NCBI GenBank assembly: GCA_046706305.1
Contig: JBJKPQ010000069.1
Span: 462-64,461, forward strand
Source: Bacteroidales bacterium
GTDB lineage: Bacteria > Bacteroidota > Bacteroidia > Bacteroidales > VadinHA17
DNA: 64,000 bases
Direction of reading: 5' to 3'
The notes under the pieces were generated by a model, which worked only from the letters and a program-made list of their open reading frames with translations, had not been told where the DNA came from and made no database searches. Shown here one piece after another: positions 1 to 9,801 of the stretch (position 1 is the stretch's first letter; the number at the start of each line of letters is the position of its first letter). The translations under genes and the position numbers were made by a program.

Positions 1-786
1 ATTTTCCAGGCTGAGGTGAACCTTGCAACTACGCGGTCAGATTATGAAAACAAACAGGTGGCCTTCGAAAATGCCAAGGACAATTTTAAAATACTTGTTG
101 GCATGGACCTGTATGATGATATCGTAGTAATACCAAACATTGCTGTTGATACGGTTAATGTAGATATAGCATTTGCCATTGACCACGGGCTACAGAACAG
201 GATGGAACTTCGTCAAAGCCAGATATCAATTGAGACATCACAGTTTGACCTTATACAGACAAAAGCACTGAATGAATTCAGAGGATCGCTTGGATTATCA
301 GTAGGGCTGTCCGGCGACAACCCCAAGCTGGGAAACATTTATGCCAAGCCGACTGATAACCAGAATGTATCATTATCACTGACAATCCCGCTCTGGGACT
401 GGGGAGAGAAAAAATCGAGGATAAAGGCCAGTGAAGCTGCCATAGAATCAAGCAAGGTCGACATGGAGTCGGAGCAGAATGATATAATCCTGGGAATAAG
501 ACAGAGTTACAGGAACCTGAACAACCTGAAGAACCAGATAGAGATAGCGCAACAGTCGGTGAAGAACGCACAGATGACGTATGATCTCAATCTCGAAAAA
601 TACAAAAACGGTGACCTTACCGGTATGGATCTTAATATTTACCAGAACCAGCTGTCAGAAAACAAACTGACTTATACCAATTCACTTATATCATATAAGC
701 TTGAACTACTAAACCTTAAAATACAGACTCTTTACGATTTTGAAAAAAAGCAACCCGTAATACCGGTAAAGACATTAAACCAGTAA
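1..786 (+). CDS. TolC-family outer membrane efflux protein, C-terminal part (5' end lies outside the window)
   Basis: Frame 1 is open from base 1, and the track ORF 16..786 starts at an internal GTG. The sequence is helical-repeat rich and ends in the Y/F-rich pattern typical of TolC/OprM C-terminal halves. MFP and RND genes follow immediately. Confidence 0.8.
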   Translation: MFQAEVNLATTRSDYENKQVAFENAKDNFKILVGMDLYDDIVVIPNIAVDTVNVDIAFAIDHGLQNRMELRQSQISIETSQFDLIQTKALNEFRGSLGLSVGLSGDNPKLGNIYAKPTDNQNVSLSLTIPLWDWGEKKSRIKASEAAIESSKVDMESEQNDIILGIRQSYRNLNNLKNQIEIAQQSVKNAQMTYDLNLEKYKNGDLTGMDLNIYQNQLSENKLTYTNSLISYKLELLNLKIQTLYDFEKKQPVIPVKTLNQ

Positions 787-798
787 AATCTATGACCT

Positions 799-1851
799 AT
801 GAGAAAAAATATATTATTATTCCTGGCAATCACCCTTGCAGTTATCGGCTGCAGGAACAGCACTCCTGACCTCAATGCTGATGTAGAGATTCCGGTATCG
901 GTTCAGGATGTGTCGCTAAAACCTATCGAAGAATATGTTAATACTTCCGGCACCGTATACCCTAAAGGAGATATTGAGCTGAAATCGGAGATCACTGCAC
1001 GCTACTTCCTTGAGAAGAACCCGGCAACAGGGAAACTCTGGCAACTGAACGACAGGGTCAGAACCGGCGATCTGATAGCAAGACTGGAAGACAGGGAATA
1101 CATCAACTCGATAAAGATGGAGACCACCCAGCTCAACCTCGATCTTACAGAAAGTGAGCTTAAAAAGCAACAATCACTCTTTGAAAAAGGAGGGGTTACA
1201 CAGAATGATCTGAAAACAGCCGAGATAAACTATGCCAATGCCAAAACAAACCTGGAAACGGCAAAGCTGCAAATGGAGAAAACCCGTATAGTGAGCCCTA
1301 TCGACGGAGTTATTGTTGACCTTCCTTATTACACCCAGGGTACACAAATACCTACCGGATCATCTGTTGTTAAGATCATGGATTTTAAAACCATGTATAT
1401 GGAGGTACAGTTGCCGGAAAAATATATATCACAGATCAAACCAGGTCAACCGGTAAAACTAACTAATTATACAATTCCCGATGATACAATCCCGGGCAGT
1501 GTCACCCAGCTGTCTCCTGCAATCGATCCTGATACCAGGACCTTTAAGGGATATATCTCGATTAACAATTCTGATTATCTTCTTCGTCCGGGAATGTTCG
1601 TTAAGGCAGATATTGTAACCAACCATAAAGATTCAGTTATAGTAATACCTAAAAATGTGATCCTCTCACGTCAAAGGGGTAAAACAGTTTTTGTTGTTGA
1701 CCGTGGTGTAGCCATGGAAAGAATTATTGAAACCGGCCTTGAGAACCTGACAGAAGTTGAAGTCACAAAAGGACTATCAAAGAACGATCGCCTTGTGACA
1801 AGCGGGTTTGAAACACTCAGCAACAGGTCGAAGGTAAAAATAGTTAAATAA
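799..1851 (+). CDS. Efflux RND transporter periplasmic adaptor (membrane fusion protein, HlyD/AcrA family), lipoprotein
   Basis: Lipoprotein signal LAVIGC. A coiled-coil hairpin segment (LNLDLTESELKKQQSLFEKGGVTQNDL...) is followed by beta-barrel motifs (IVSPIDGVI, PGMFV). The gene sits 12 nt after tolC and 5 nt before the RND permease. Confidence 0.9.
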   Translation: MRKNILLFLAITLAVIGCRNSTPDLNADVEIPVSVQDVSLKPIEEYVNTSGTVYPKGDIELKSEITARYFLEKNPATGKLWQLNDRVRTGDLIARLEDREYINSIKMETTQLNLDLTESELKKQQSLFEKGGVTQNDLKTAEINYANAKTNLETAKLQMEKTRIVSPIDGVIVDLPYYTQGTQIPTGSSVVKIMDFKTMYMEVQLPEKYISQIKPGQPVKLTNYTIPDDTIPGSVTQLSPAIDPDTRTFKGYISINNSDYLLRPGMFVKADIVTNHKDSVIVIPKNVILSRQRGKTVFVVDRGVAMERIIETGLENLTEVEVTKGLSKNDRLVTSGFETLSNRSKVKIVK

Positions 1852-1856
1852 CCGAT

Positions 1857-4800
1857 ATGAACAGGATAGCCCGTTTTGCCGTAAAATACCCGGTCACTGT
1901 CTTAATGTTCGTTCTTGGGATCATCCTTCTTGGATTTATTTCATTCGGAAAGCTGGGGACGGATTTATTTCCGGACCTTAATAATCCTAAGATATACATA
2001 GAGCTCAAAGCAGGAGAAAGGCCGCCGGAAGAAATAGAAAAGAACTATGTGGACCAGATAGAATCGCTTTCCATGCGTCAGAATGGCGTAGTACAGGTAT
2101 CATCAGTTTCGCAGGTAGGTGCTGCTACAATAACTGTTGAATACGATTGGAACAAGGATATGGACGAAGCCTTCCTCGACCTTCAGAAGGAACTTAATTC
2201 ATTCCGACAGAATTCTGACCTGGATGATCTGACACTTTCACAGTATGACCCTAATGCAGCACCTGTAATGATCCTTGGGTTAAGGAATAAAAACATTTCA
2301 AACCTCGACGAGGTCAGAAAAGTGGCCGAAAACTACATCAGGAACGAACTTGTTAGAATTGAGGGTATTGCCGATGTCAGGTTATCGGGGGTTGAAGAGA
2401 GCGAAGTTGTAATAGAGACCAATAAATACATCCTTGAATCATACGGGCTTTCAACCGACGCCATAGCTGCACAGATCAGCAACTATAACAGGAATGTTTC
2501 CGGGGGTTCAATAGTGGATATGGGACTTAAGTATGTAGTGAAAGGCGTCAGCGTTCTTAAAGACATCAACGACCTGCGTAACATAATAGTAGGCTTCAGG
2601 GAACCGGCCGCATTATCTTCTGCATCGGTCCAGAATGCTTCACAGTCGACCCAGGTGGCTGCCAGGGTCCCCGTCTATCTTAAGGATGTGGCAACGATAA
2701 AATATGAAAACAAGGACCCGGTCAATATAGTCACAATCAATGGAGAAAGGTGCATAGGTCTTTCTGTATATAAAGAACCCAAATTCAATACTGTTGATGC
2801 TGTAAAAAGTCTTGAAACGGAAGTGACCGCCCTCGAAAAAGCACTACCCGGTTATGAGTTCATTAAGGTGGAAGACCAGGGAAGCTATATTCACAAGGCA
2901 ATAAATGAGGTAACCAACACACTTATAATAGGAATAATACTGGCAGTCTTTGTAATATATCTTTTCCTGAGACGAATCGGAACCACCTTTGTTATCAGTG
3001 TAGCTATACCGGTATCCATAATAGCCACCTTCAACCTGATGTACTTCGATCATCTTACCCTTAATATAATGACACTGGGAGGTCTTGCCCTGGGAGCGGG
3101 CATGCTGGTTGACAATGCCATTGTGGTTCTCGAAAACATCACACGCAACCGGGAAGAAGGCATGAACCTGAAAGATGCTGTTATCAAGGGGACCGGTGAG
3201 GTGGGTGGGGCAATAACTGCCTCCACAATTACCACAATAGTGGTGTTCCTGCCGATAGTCTACCTTCACGGAGCCTCCGGAGAAATGTTCAGGGATCAGG
3301 CATGGACTGTTGCCTTTGCTCTTATCTCGTCTCTATTTGTGGCCATGCTTGTTATTCCAATGCTAGTGTCTACACTATTCGGGGATAAGAATAAAAAGAA
3401 AAAATATGACAATGCCATTCATTTCAACTGGTATACACCACTGCTTGAAAAGATTGTGGAACGGCGAAAGCTGGTTATCATTCTTTCAATATTGCTTATG
3501 GGAGGCACAGCTCTCCTTATACCCATGCTGGGAAGCGAATTTATGCCGAGGTCTGAATCGGCCGAATTTACAATCGACATAAAATTACCGGAAGGCACAA
3601 GTCTTGCCCGTACGGAGAGCACAGTAATTGAAGCGGAAAATGTTATAAGGTCGATGCTTGGCAAAAGAATAAAACTAGTCTATTGTCAGGCCGGTGCCGA
3701 TAATACAGCTGCTTCCGGTCAGTCTGGCGAGATAACAGGAGAAAACACTGCATCCATGAAAATCATTCTCTCTTCTGAATTTGCCTCAAAGACAGAAGAT
3801 GCCATTGCCGCGGTAAGTAATTACCTGAAAACAGTTCCCGACATGGAAGTCAGCTTTAAAAGGGAAGAAACAGCATTACAATCATCGCTGGGAACAGATG
3901 AATCGCCATTTACACTTGAGATTTCGGGGAAAGATTATTCAGAACTGGAGCAACTTGTTGACAAGTCGAGAGAGATCTTATTAAAGGATCCTGATCTGAC
4001 TAACATTACTACCTCCCTCGATGAGGGTACTCCTGAAGTTGACATTGATATTGACAGGTTCAAAACAAGCTATTATAATATAACTGTGGAGAGCATAATA
4101 AGCCAGGTAAGGAGCTATCTTGAAGGAGCTGATGCAGGTAACTTCGAAAGAGACGGAGAGATGACCGATATAACTATCAAGCTTGGTGACATCTCAATAA
4201 ACCAGCTTCGCGACCTGCTTATAACTGCAGGTACAGTAAAGGTTCCCCTCAGCGAACTGGCTGTTATAAAGACAGTGATGACACCGAGGGAGATTACAAG
4301 GAGAAACCAGGCCAGGACGTGCTACATATATGCCATGGTGAATAACAAAACACCTTTCGACAAGATTATCAGGAAAGCCAGGCAATTACTTAGTCCTGTT
4401 GTAATGCCTGTAGACTATAAGATGGAATTTACCGGGGAAGAACTGAAGAGGGAGGAATCGATGAAGAATCTTACTTTTGCATTAACCCTTTCTCTTATAC
4501 TTGTATTTATGGTACTGGCTGCACAATTCGAATCTCTTATACAGCCCTTTATCATTATGCTTACCATTCCCCTGGCAGGAGTGGGAACTGTCCTTACGTT
4601 CTTTATCCTTCACAAGTCCCTTAACATGATGGCATATATCGGGATTATAATGCTTGCCGGTATTGCTGTTAACAATGCCATAATATTAATAGACCGCATT
4701 AACCAGCTCAGGGAATCGGGGATGAACAGGAAAGAAGCCATTATATATGCAGGAAGCCAGAGGATAAGACCTATCCTCATGACCAGTCTGACTACCATAT

Positions 4801-4982
4801 TAGCATTGCTGCCCCTTACAATAGGCTTTGGCGACAGTGCCTCTCTGAGATCACCGATGGCCCTTGCAGTTATTGGAGGTATGATATCATCCACCCTGCT
4901 TACCCTGGTAGTGATACCATGTGTTTACTGGGTTTTTGACAGTTTCGGTAGCTGGCTTACAGGATCCGTTAAAACAAAATAG
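1857..4982 (+). CDS. Efflux RND transporter permease (AcrB/MdtB-like), 1041 aa
   Basis: Size and layout fit a 12-TM RND pump with two large periplasmic loops. Conserved TM4 region GLALGAGMLVDNAIVVLENI and TM10/11 region GIIMLAGIAVNNAIILID. Confidence 0.93.
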   Translation: MNRIARFAVKYPVTVLMFVLGIILLGFISFGKLGTDLFPDLNNPKIYIELKAGERPPEEIEKNYVDQIESLSMRQNGVVQVSSVSQVGAATITVEYDWNKDMDEAFLDLQKELNSFRQNSDLDDLTLSQYDPNAAPVMILGLRNKNISNLDEVRKVAENYIRNELVRIEGIADVRLSGVEESEVVIETNKYILESYGLSTDAIAAQISNYNRNVSGGSIVDMGLKYVVKGVSVLKDINDLRNIIVGFREPAALSSASVQNASQSTQVAARVPVYLKDVATIKYENKDPVNIVTINGERCIGLSVYKEPKFNTVDAVKSLETEVTALEKALPGYEFIKVEDQGSYIHKAINEVTNTLIIGIILAVFVIYLFLRRIGTTFVISVAIPVSIIATFNLMYFDHLTLNIMTLGGLALGAGMLVDNAIVVLENITRNREEGMNLKDAVIKGTGEVGGAITASTITTIVVFLPIVYLHGASGEMFRDQAWTVAFALISSLFVAMLVIPMLVSTLFGDKNKKKKYDNAIHFNWYTPLLEKIVERRKLVIILSILLMGGTALLIPMLGSEFMPRSESAEFTIDIKLPEGTSLARTESTVIEAENVIRSMLGKRIKLVYCQAGADNTAASGQSGEITGENTASMKIILSSEFASKTEDAIAAVSNYLKTVPDMEVSFKREETALQSSLGTDESPFTLEISGKDYSELEQLVDKSREILLKDPDLTNITTSLDEGTPEVDIDIDRFKTSYYNITVESIISQVRSYLEGADAGNFERDGEMTDITIKLGDISINQLRDLLITAGTVKVPLSELAVIKTVMTPREITRRNQARTCYIYAMVNNKTPFDKIIRKARQLLSPVVMPVDYKMEFTGEELKREESMKNLTFALTLSLILVFMVLAAQFESLIQPFIIMLTIPLAGVGTVLTFFILHKSLNMMAYIGIIMLAGIAVNNAIILIDRINQLRESGMNRKEAIIYAGSQRIRPILMTSLTTILALLPLTIGFGDSASLRSPMALAVIGGMISSTLLTLVVIPCVYWVFDSFGSWLTGSVKTK

Positions 4983-5010
4983 TTCTGACGAACTTCTTAC
5001 AAGACAGGAT

Positions 5011-8000
5011 ATGAATTTTATTTTAAAAAGAAGAATCTTAATAAGCATGCTCTTCCTGGGGCTGACAATGCTTGGCTATGTGTCGTATAAGAAGTTATCT
5101 GTCGCCCTTTTTCCGAATGCACAGCTGCCAACACTTATTGTGCAGGTTGGAACCCCGCTTGAAGTGGATCCGGCTTATATAGAGAACCAGGCAGTCATTC
5201 CGCTCGAAGGAGCCATAGGGACACTGGAAGGGATTGAAAAGATAGAATCAAATATCACTTCCCAGTACGGGATAATAATGATTTACTACAACCAGAATGC
5301 TGATCTGAAATATGCCAACCTTAAATTACAGGAAAAGATAGATGCTGTGAAGGGAACACTGCCTTCAGAATTCATGGTTAATGTCATAAAGATCGATCTC
5401 CAGCAACTTACCAACCAATTCATGGAACTGCAGGTCAGAGGGGAAGGAGGTGTTGACAGGATAAGAAATTTTGCCGACAGGGAAATAAAACCCGACCTTG
5501 AGAATATTGACGGAATCGCAGGAGTCCAGGTTTATGGCGGCCAGGAAAACTCTATTGAAATACGGCTTAACGAAAGAGCCTGCAAAGCCAATGGAATTAC
5601 AATGGGCCAGATAAGGACACTACTAAACAATAATAGTGCCGGTAAAGCATTCGTTGGGAAAGTTGTAGACGGGACAGAGAAATACTTCGTAAATGTTGTT
5701 TCCGACTATACCAATGTCAGGGATATAGGGAACATAGTTGTAAAACAAAAGGGACCTGTACTTCTTAAAGATGTCGCACAGATATTTTTCGGTGTAAAAC
5801 AACAGACATCATACAGCAGGGTCAACGGACTCGATGCCGTTACAATAAGCCTTGTCAATGATAACCAGGCGAACCTTATCGACCTGTCGCACAAAGCACT
5901 TGCTGAAGTTGCTGCTTTGAATAAAAAACTTGCTTCTGCGGGTGTAAGTATTGTTGTTCAGAACAACAATGCAGAGACGATGGAAAATAATATAAACCAG
6001 ATAATTAACCTGGCAATAACAGGAGGTCTCCTGGCTATACTTATATTATGGTTCTTCCTCAGGAATATACGTCTGGTAACAATAATAGCCATATCCATCC
6101 CGGTTTCAGTCTATACTGCATTCAATTTCTTCTATGCCTTCGATGTGTCAATTAACAGCCTCACACTGGTTGGCATGGCTCTGGCGGTAGGTATGCTCGT
6201 TGATAACTCCGTTGTTGTGCTGGAGAATATATACAGGCTTGCGGGCCAGGGGAATAAGCCTGATATTGCCGTTAAACAGGGTACAGGAGAAGTATGGAGA
6301 TCTATATTTGCCGCTACCCTTACCACAATAATTGTTTTCCTTCCGTTTATTTTCTCTTCCAATTTCATGGTCAGGATCATAGGCAAAAACATAGGTGTAT
6401 CAATTATATCAACTCTGCTTATCTCACTTACAGTAGCCTTATTACTTATCCCAATGGCTACCTATTTCCTGCTTGGAAATTCATCGTACAGCAATTCCGA
6501 AGTCTTTAAGAAGCTCTCAATACACGACAGGCTTATACAGGCATACCATCTGGTTCTAAAATCGAGTATGAGAAACCCGGCAGGAACAATTATAGGAACC
6601 CTTGTTGTTTTCTTTGCCGCACTGCTTATAAGCCTCACACTGAGTATCAGCTCCACACAGGAGGTACAGACCCCCAATTTCAGGCTTTCTGTTACCATGC
6701 CCGGAGGATCAACACTTGAGAAGACCGATGCTGTTGTTTCCGAAATAGAATCCCGACTCAAATCCATTCCCGAGAAACAGGATATAGTCAGCAGAGTTGA
6801 AGAAGACAAGGCTACGGTAACAATTAACCTTGCAAAAGACTGGGACAAAAAGAGCAAGAGAACACTCCCGGAAATAAAGAGCGACATATCTGAAAAAATA
6901 AAAAACATATCCTCAGCCGAGATAAGTATGGATGAACTCACCTCAAGCGGTGGCTTCGCAAGTGCCGGAGGCGGTGGTGACGATACAGATAATCCCGGAT
7001 CGGATTTCATGAATCTTCTTGGTATTGGTTCTCAGAGCGAAAGCATAATTATAAAAGGGCAGAACTTCACCCAGATGAAGAACCTTGCCGATGACATCAA
7101 ATCCTACCTCGATAACATGTCGTCTATAAGCAGTTCCAGTGTCAATGTACAGGACAATAAGCCGGAAGTTCAGCTCCAGTTTGATATGGATTACATAGGA
7201 AGAAATAATATGACCCTTGGCAACCTCGCATCATCGCTGGCAACATTCGGACGTGAATATTCCTCGGGGGTGACTTTCAGGCAGGGCAATGAGACATATG
7301 ATATAATGATAAAATATGCCGGAGATACGATTAACCCGGTAGATAACCAGGACAAGACAATAGACGACCTGAAACATCTGGAAGTAACAGGCAATAACGG
7401 CTCTGTTATGGAGATGCAGGAACTCTCCAAAATTGTTTTCTCATCAGGGATGGGTAACATCCACAGGGAGAACCAGGAAAAAAGAGTAACGGTAACCTAC
7501 AGGTTTAACAGCGATATAAATAATTCAAAGGATCTGCTTGCAGGTGCCAGGATGGAAGTTGAATCAGTCGTTGCCGGCCTGAATATTCCATCCGGTATAG
7601 CAGTAGAGGTTGTTCATGAAGAGGATAACCTCAAGGATTTCTATTACCTTATAGGTGTTGCCTTTCTTCTGATTTATATGATTCTGGCTGCGGTATTTGA
7701 ATCAATGGCCACACCGGTTGTGCTCATGTTCAGTATCCCTCTGGCAGCATTGGGATCACTGATTGCACTTATTCTTACCGGAAACTCCCTGCTTAATGCC
7801 AATACACTGACAGGTTTTCTTATTTTACTGGGGGTGGTAGTCAATAACGGGATTATTCTTATTGATTATACGAATATTTTGCGAAGGAGAGGGTACCGTA
7901 TGCACAGAGCACTTATGACTGCCGGCGTATCAAGGATAAGGCCGATATTGATAACTGCTGCAACAACAATAATAGCCATGGTTCCGCTGGCTATGGGCCA

Positions 8001-9801
8001 TACAGAATATGTTTCTGTAATAGGAGCTTCATTTGCAATTACGGTAATAGGAGGACTGGCGTTGAGCACACTCCTGACATTGATATTCATCCCCACTTTT
8101 TATACCGGACTGGAGACAGCTCTTAAGTGGTTTTACGATCTTAACTGGAGGACCAAGATAATACAGCTTATACTTTTCAGCGTACTTATTTTCGTGATCT
8201 ACACTTATATAGACAAATTCCTGTGGAAGCTTATAACCACAATATTGTCGGTTATCATAATTCCTGCTTCAACATGGTTTGTCATGAACAGCCTTAGAAA
8301 AGCCAGGGAAACAGTAATAGATAAGGACGAGCCCATCAATATTTATATACAGAGTCTTGTTAAGATATATGAAAGGGAGAGCCGGTGGAAAAGAGAATGG
8401 AAAGCAGGATCGCGTATCAGGGAAAGACTGGAAATAAAAAAGAAATATACATCGTGGCAGGATCTTGAGCAGTTTATGTGGCAGGTGCCGTTGCTCGGAT
8501 TCATGATCTTCTTCACTTATGTATACCTTAACAAAGGGTTCTGGATCTTCTTCTTCAGTCTGCTTACATGGTTTGCCATTTCTGGTATGTGGGGTATATT
8601 AAAGGAACTCATTAATAACATTTACGGAGACAAAAAGAGAAAATGGCCCCGTAGAATCACAGGAGCAGCAGACTCTTTAGTCTACTGGTTAATCCCGCTT
8701 TTTAATCTTATCTGGTACCAGATGAGATGGAACAACATAATCGTGGTCATCATGCTTGGCACATTGTGGTTTGCCGGGTTATTCATTTACAGGACAGGGC
8801 AAAAGCTTACAAAAGAGAATACAGATATTTACAGGCTGGAAGGGAGATTCAGGAAAATCAGGAAAGCAATCTTTAAATTTGTTGCGGCTGTTCCGCTTAT
8901 AGGAAGAAAAAAGAAACCATTCAAGGCTCTGAGCTGCGTTACCCTTAACATAGGAAATGGTATGTTTGGCCTGCTTGGGCCCAACGGTGCAGGCAAAACA
9001 ACGCTTATGCGTATTATCTGCGGGATTCTTGAACAAAGCTACGGGAAGGTATGGATTAACGGCCTTGACACTCAGAAAATGAGGGAAGAACTGCAGGGCC
9101 TTATCGGTTACCTCCCGCAGGAATTCGGAAGTTACGAGAATATGACAGCAAACGATTACCTGCATTACCAGGCAATGCTTAAAAATATCATCGACAGAAA
9201 GGTAAGAGAAGAAAGGGTGACCTACGTGTTAAAAGCAGTCCATATGGAGGAGAGAAGACACGAAAGGATCAGTTCCTTCTCGGGAGGCATGAAACAAAGG
9301 ATGGGTATCGCACAGATACTGCTGCACCTTCCAAGGATACTTGTCGTTGATGAACCTACCGCTGGGCTTGATCCCCGCGAAAGAATAAGGTTCAGGAACC
9401 TTCTTGTAGAGCTTAGCCGGGAAAGAGTAGTGATTTTTTCCACCCATATTATAGAGGACATTTCGAGTTCATGTAACCAGGTTGCAGTGCTGAATAAAGG
9501 GAAGCTGAGATATTTGGGAAAACCTATTGATATGACAAAGGAAGCGGAAGGACATGTATGGCAGTTTAATATCCCTGCCGACTCCTTTAACGATTTCGTG
9601 GAAAATAATCTTGTGGTGCACCATATGTCGGAAGGCAATAATGTAAGGGTAAGAGTTGTATCGGAGTTTTCACCATGGGAAGGGGCTGTTCAGGCCAGCC
9701 CCAACCTCGAAGATGCATACCTCTGGCTGCTAAGAAAACATAATAATTCAGGTACTGTAAATAACAATTCGGGAAATGATGAAGACAAACAGACTGATTA
9801 A
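5011..9801 (+). CDS. Second RND permease (about residues 1-1040) fused in frame to extra TM helices and a C-terminal ABC-type ATP-binding domain (1596 aa from the ATG at 5011)
   Basis: RND motifs GMALAVGMLVDNSVVVLENI and GVVVNNGIILIDY are present, and the RND body ends near 8130. Six further hydrophobic helices follow. Then come Walker A GPNGAGKTT (from 8977), signature SGGMKQR (from 9280) and Walker B ILVVDEPTAGLD (about 9337-9372). There is no stop codon anywhere in the frame. I place the start at ATG 5011 (MNFILKRR...) rather than the track GTG 4921, which overlaps the upstream gene by 62 nt. Confidence 0.85.
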   Translation: MNFILKRRILISMLFLGLTMLGYVSYKKLSVALFPNAQLPTLIVQVGTPLEVDPAYIENQAVIPLEGAIGTLEGIEKIESNITSQYGIIMIYYNQNADLKYANLKLQEKIDAVKGTLPSEFMVNVIKIDLQQLTNQFMELQVRGEGGVDRIRNFADREIKPDLENIDGIAGVQVYGGQENSIEIRLNERACKANGITMGQIRTLLNNNSAGKAFVGKVVDGTEKYFVNVVSDYTNVRDIGNIVVKQKGPVLLKDVAQIFFGVKQQTSYSRVNGLDAVTISLVNDNQANLIDLSHKALAEVAALNKKLASAGVSIVVQNNNAETMENNINQIINLAITGGLLAILILWFFLRNIRLVTIIAISIPVSVYTAFNFFYAFDVSINSLTLVGMALAVGMLVDNSVVVLENIYRLAGQGNKPDIAVKQGTGEVWRSIFAATLTTIIVFLPFIFSSNFMVRIIGKNIGVSIISTLLISLTVALLLIPMATYFLLGNSSYSNSEVFKKLSIHDRLIQAYHLVLKSSMRNPAGTIIGTLVVFFAALLISLTLSISSTQEVQTPNFRLSVTMPGGSTLEKTDAVVSEIESRLKSIPEKQDIVSRVEEDKATVTINLAKDWDKKSKRTLPEIKSDISEKIKNISSAEISMDELTSSGGFASAGGGGDDTDNPGSDFMNLLGIGSQSESIIIKGQNFTQMKNLADDIKSYLDNMSSISSSSVNVQDNKPEVQLQFDMDYIGRNNMTLGNLASSLATFGREYSSGVTFRQGNETYDIMIKYAGDTINPVDNQDKTIDDLKHLEVTGNNGSVMEMQELSKIVFSSGMGNIHRENQEKRVTVTYRFNSDINNSKDLLAGARMEVESVVAGLNIPSGIAVEVVHEEDNLKDFYYLIGVAFLLIYMILAAVFESMATPVVLMFSIPLAALGSLIALILTGNSLLNANTLTGFLILLGVVVNNGIILIDYTNILRRRGYRMHRALMTAGVSRIRPILITAATTIIAMVPLAMGHTEYVSVIGASFAITVIGGLALSTLLTLIFIPTFYTGLETALKWFYDLNWRTKIIQLILFSVLIFVIYTYIDKFLWKLITTILSVIIIPASTWFVMNSLRKARETVIDKDEPINIYIQSLVKIYERESRWKREWKAGSRIRERLEIKKKYTSWQDLEQFMWQVPLLGFMIFFTYVYLNKGFWIFFFSLLTWFAISGMWGILKELINNIYGDKKRKWPRRITGAADSLVYWLIPLFNLIWYQMRWNNIIVVIMLGTLWFAGLFIYRTGQKLTKENTDIYRLEGRFRKIRKAIFKFVAAVPLIGRKKKPFKALSCVTLNIGNGMFGLLGPNGAGKTTLMRIICGILEQSYGKVWINGLDTQKMREELQGLIGYLPQEFGSYENMTANDYLHYQAMLKNIIDRKVREERVTYVLKAVHMEERRHERISSFSGGMKQRMGIAQILLHLPRILVVDEPTAGLDPRERIRFRNLLVELSRERVVIFSTHIIEDISSSCNQVAVLNKGKLRYLGKPIDMTKEAEGHVWQFNIPADSFNDFVENNLVVHHMSEGNNVRVRVVSEFSPWEGAVQASPNLEDAYLWLLRKHNNSGTVNNNSGNDEDKQTD

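Noticed and set aside
4921-5010. Upstream extension of the RND::ABC ORF (track start GTG 4921)
   Set aside because: It overlaps the preceding RND gene by 62 nt and encodes no hydrophobic or conserved sequence. The ATG at 5011 gives the canonical RND N-terminus (MNFILKRR...LFLGL).
6462-7010. 182-aa minus-strand ORF; the same applies to the other antisense ORFs inside the RND genes
   Set aside because: It is antisense to a strongly supported RND coding frame and Ser-rich and low in complexity. There is no independent start context.
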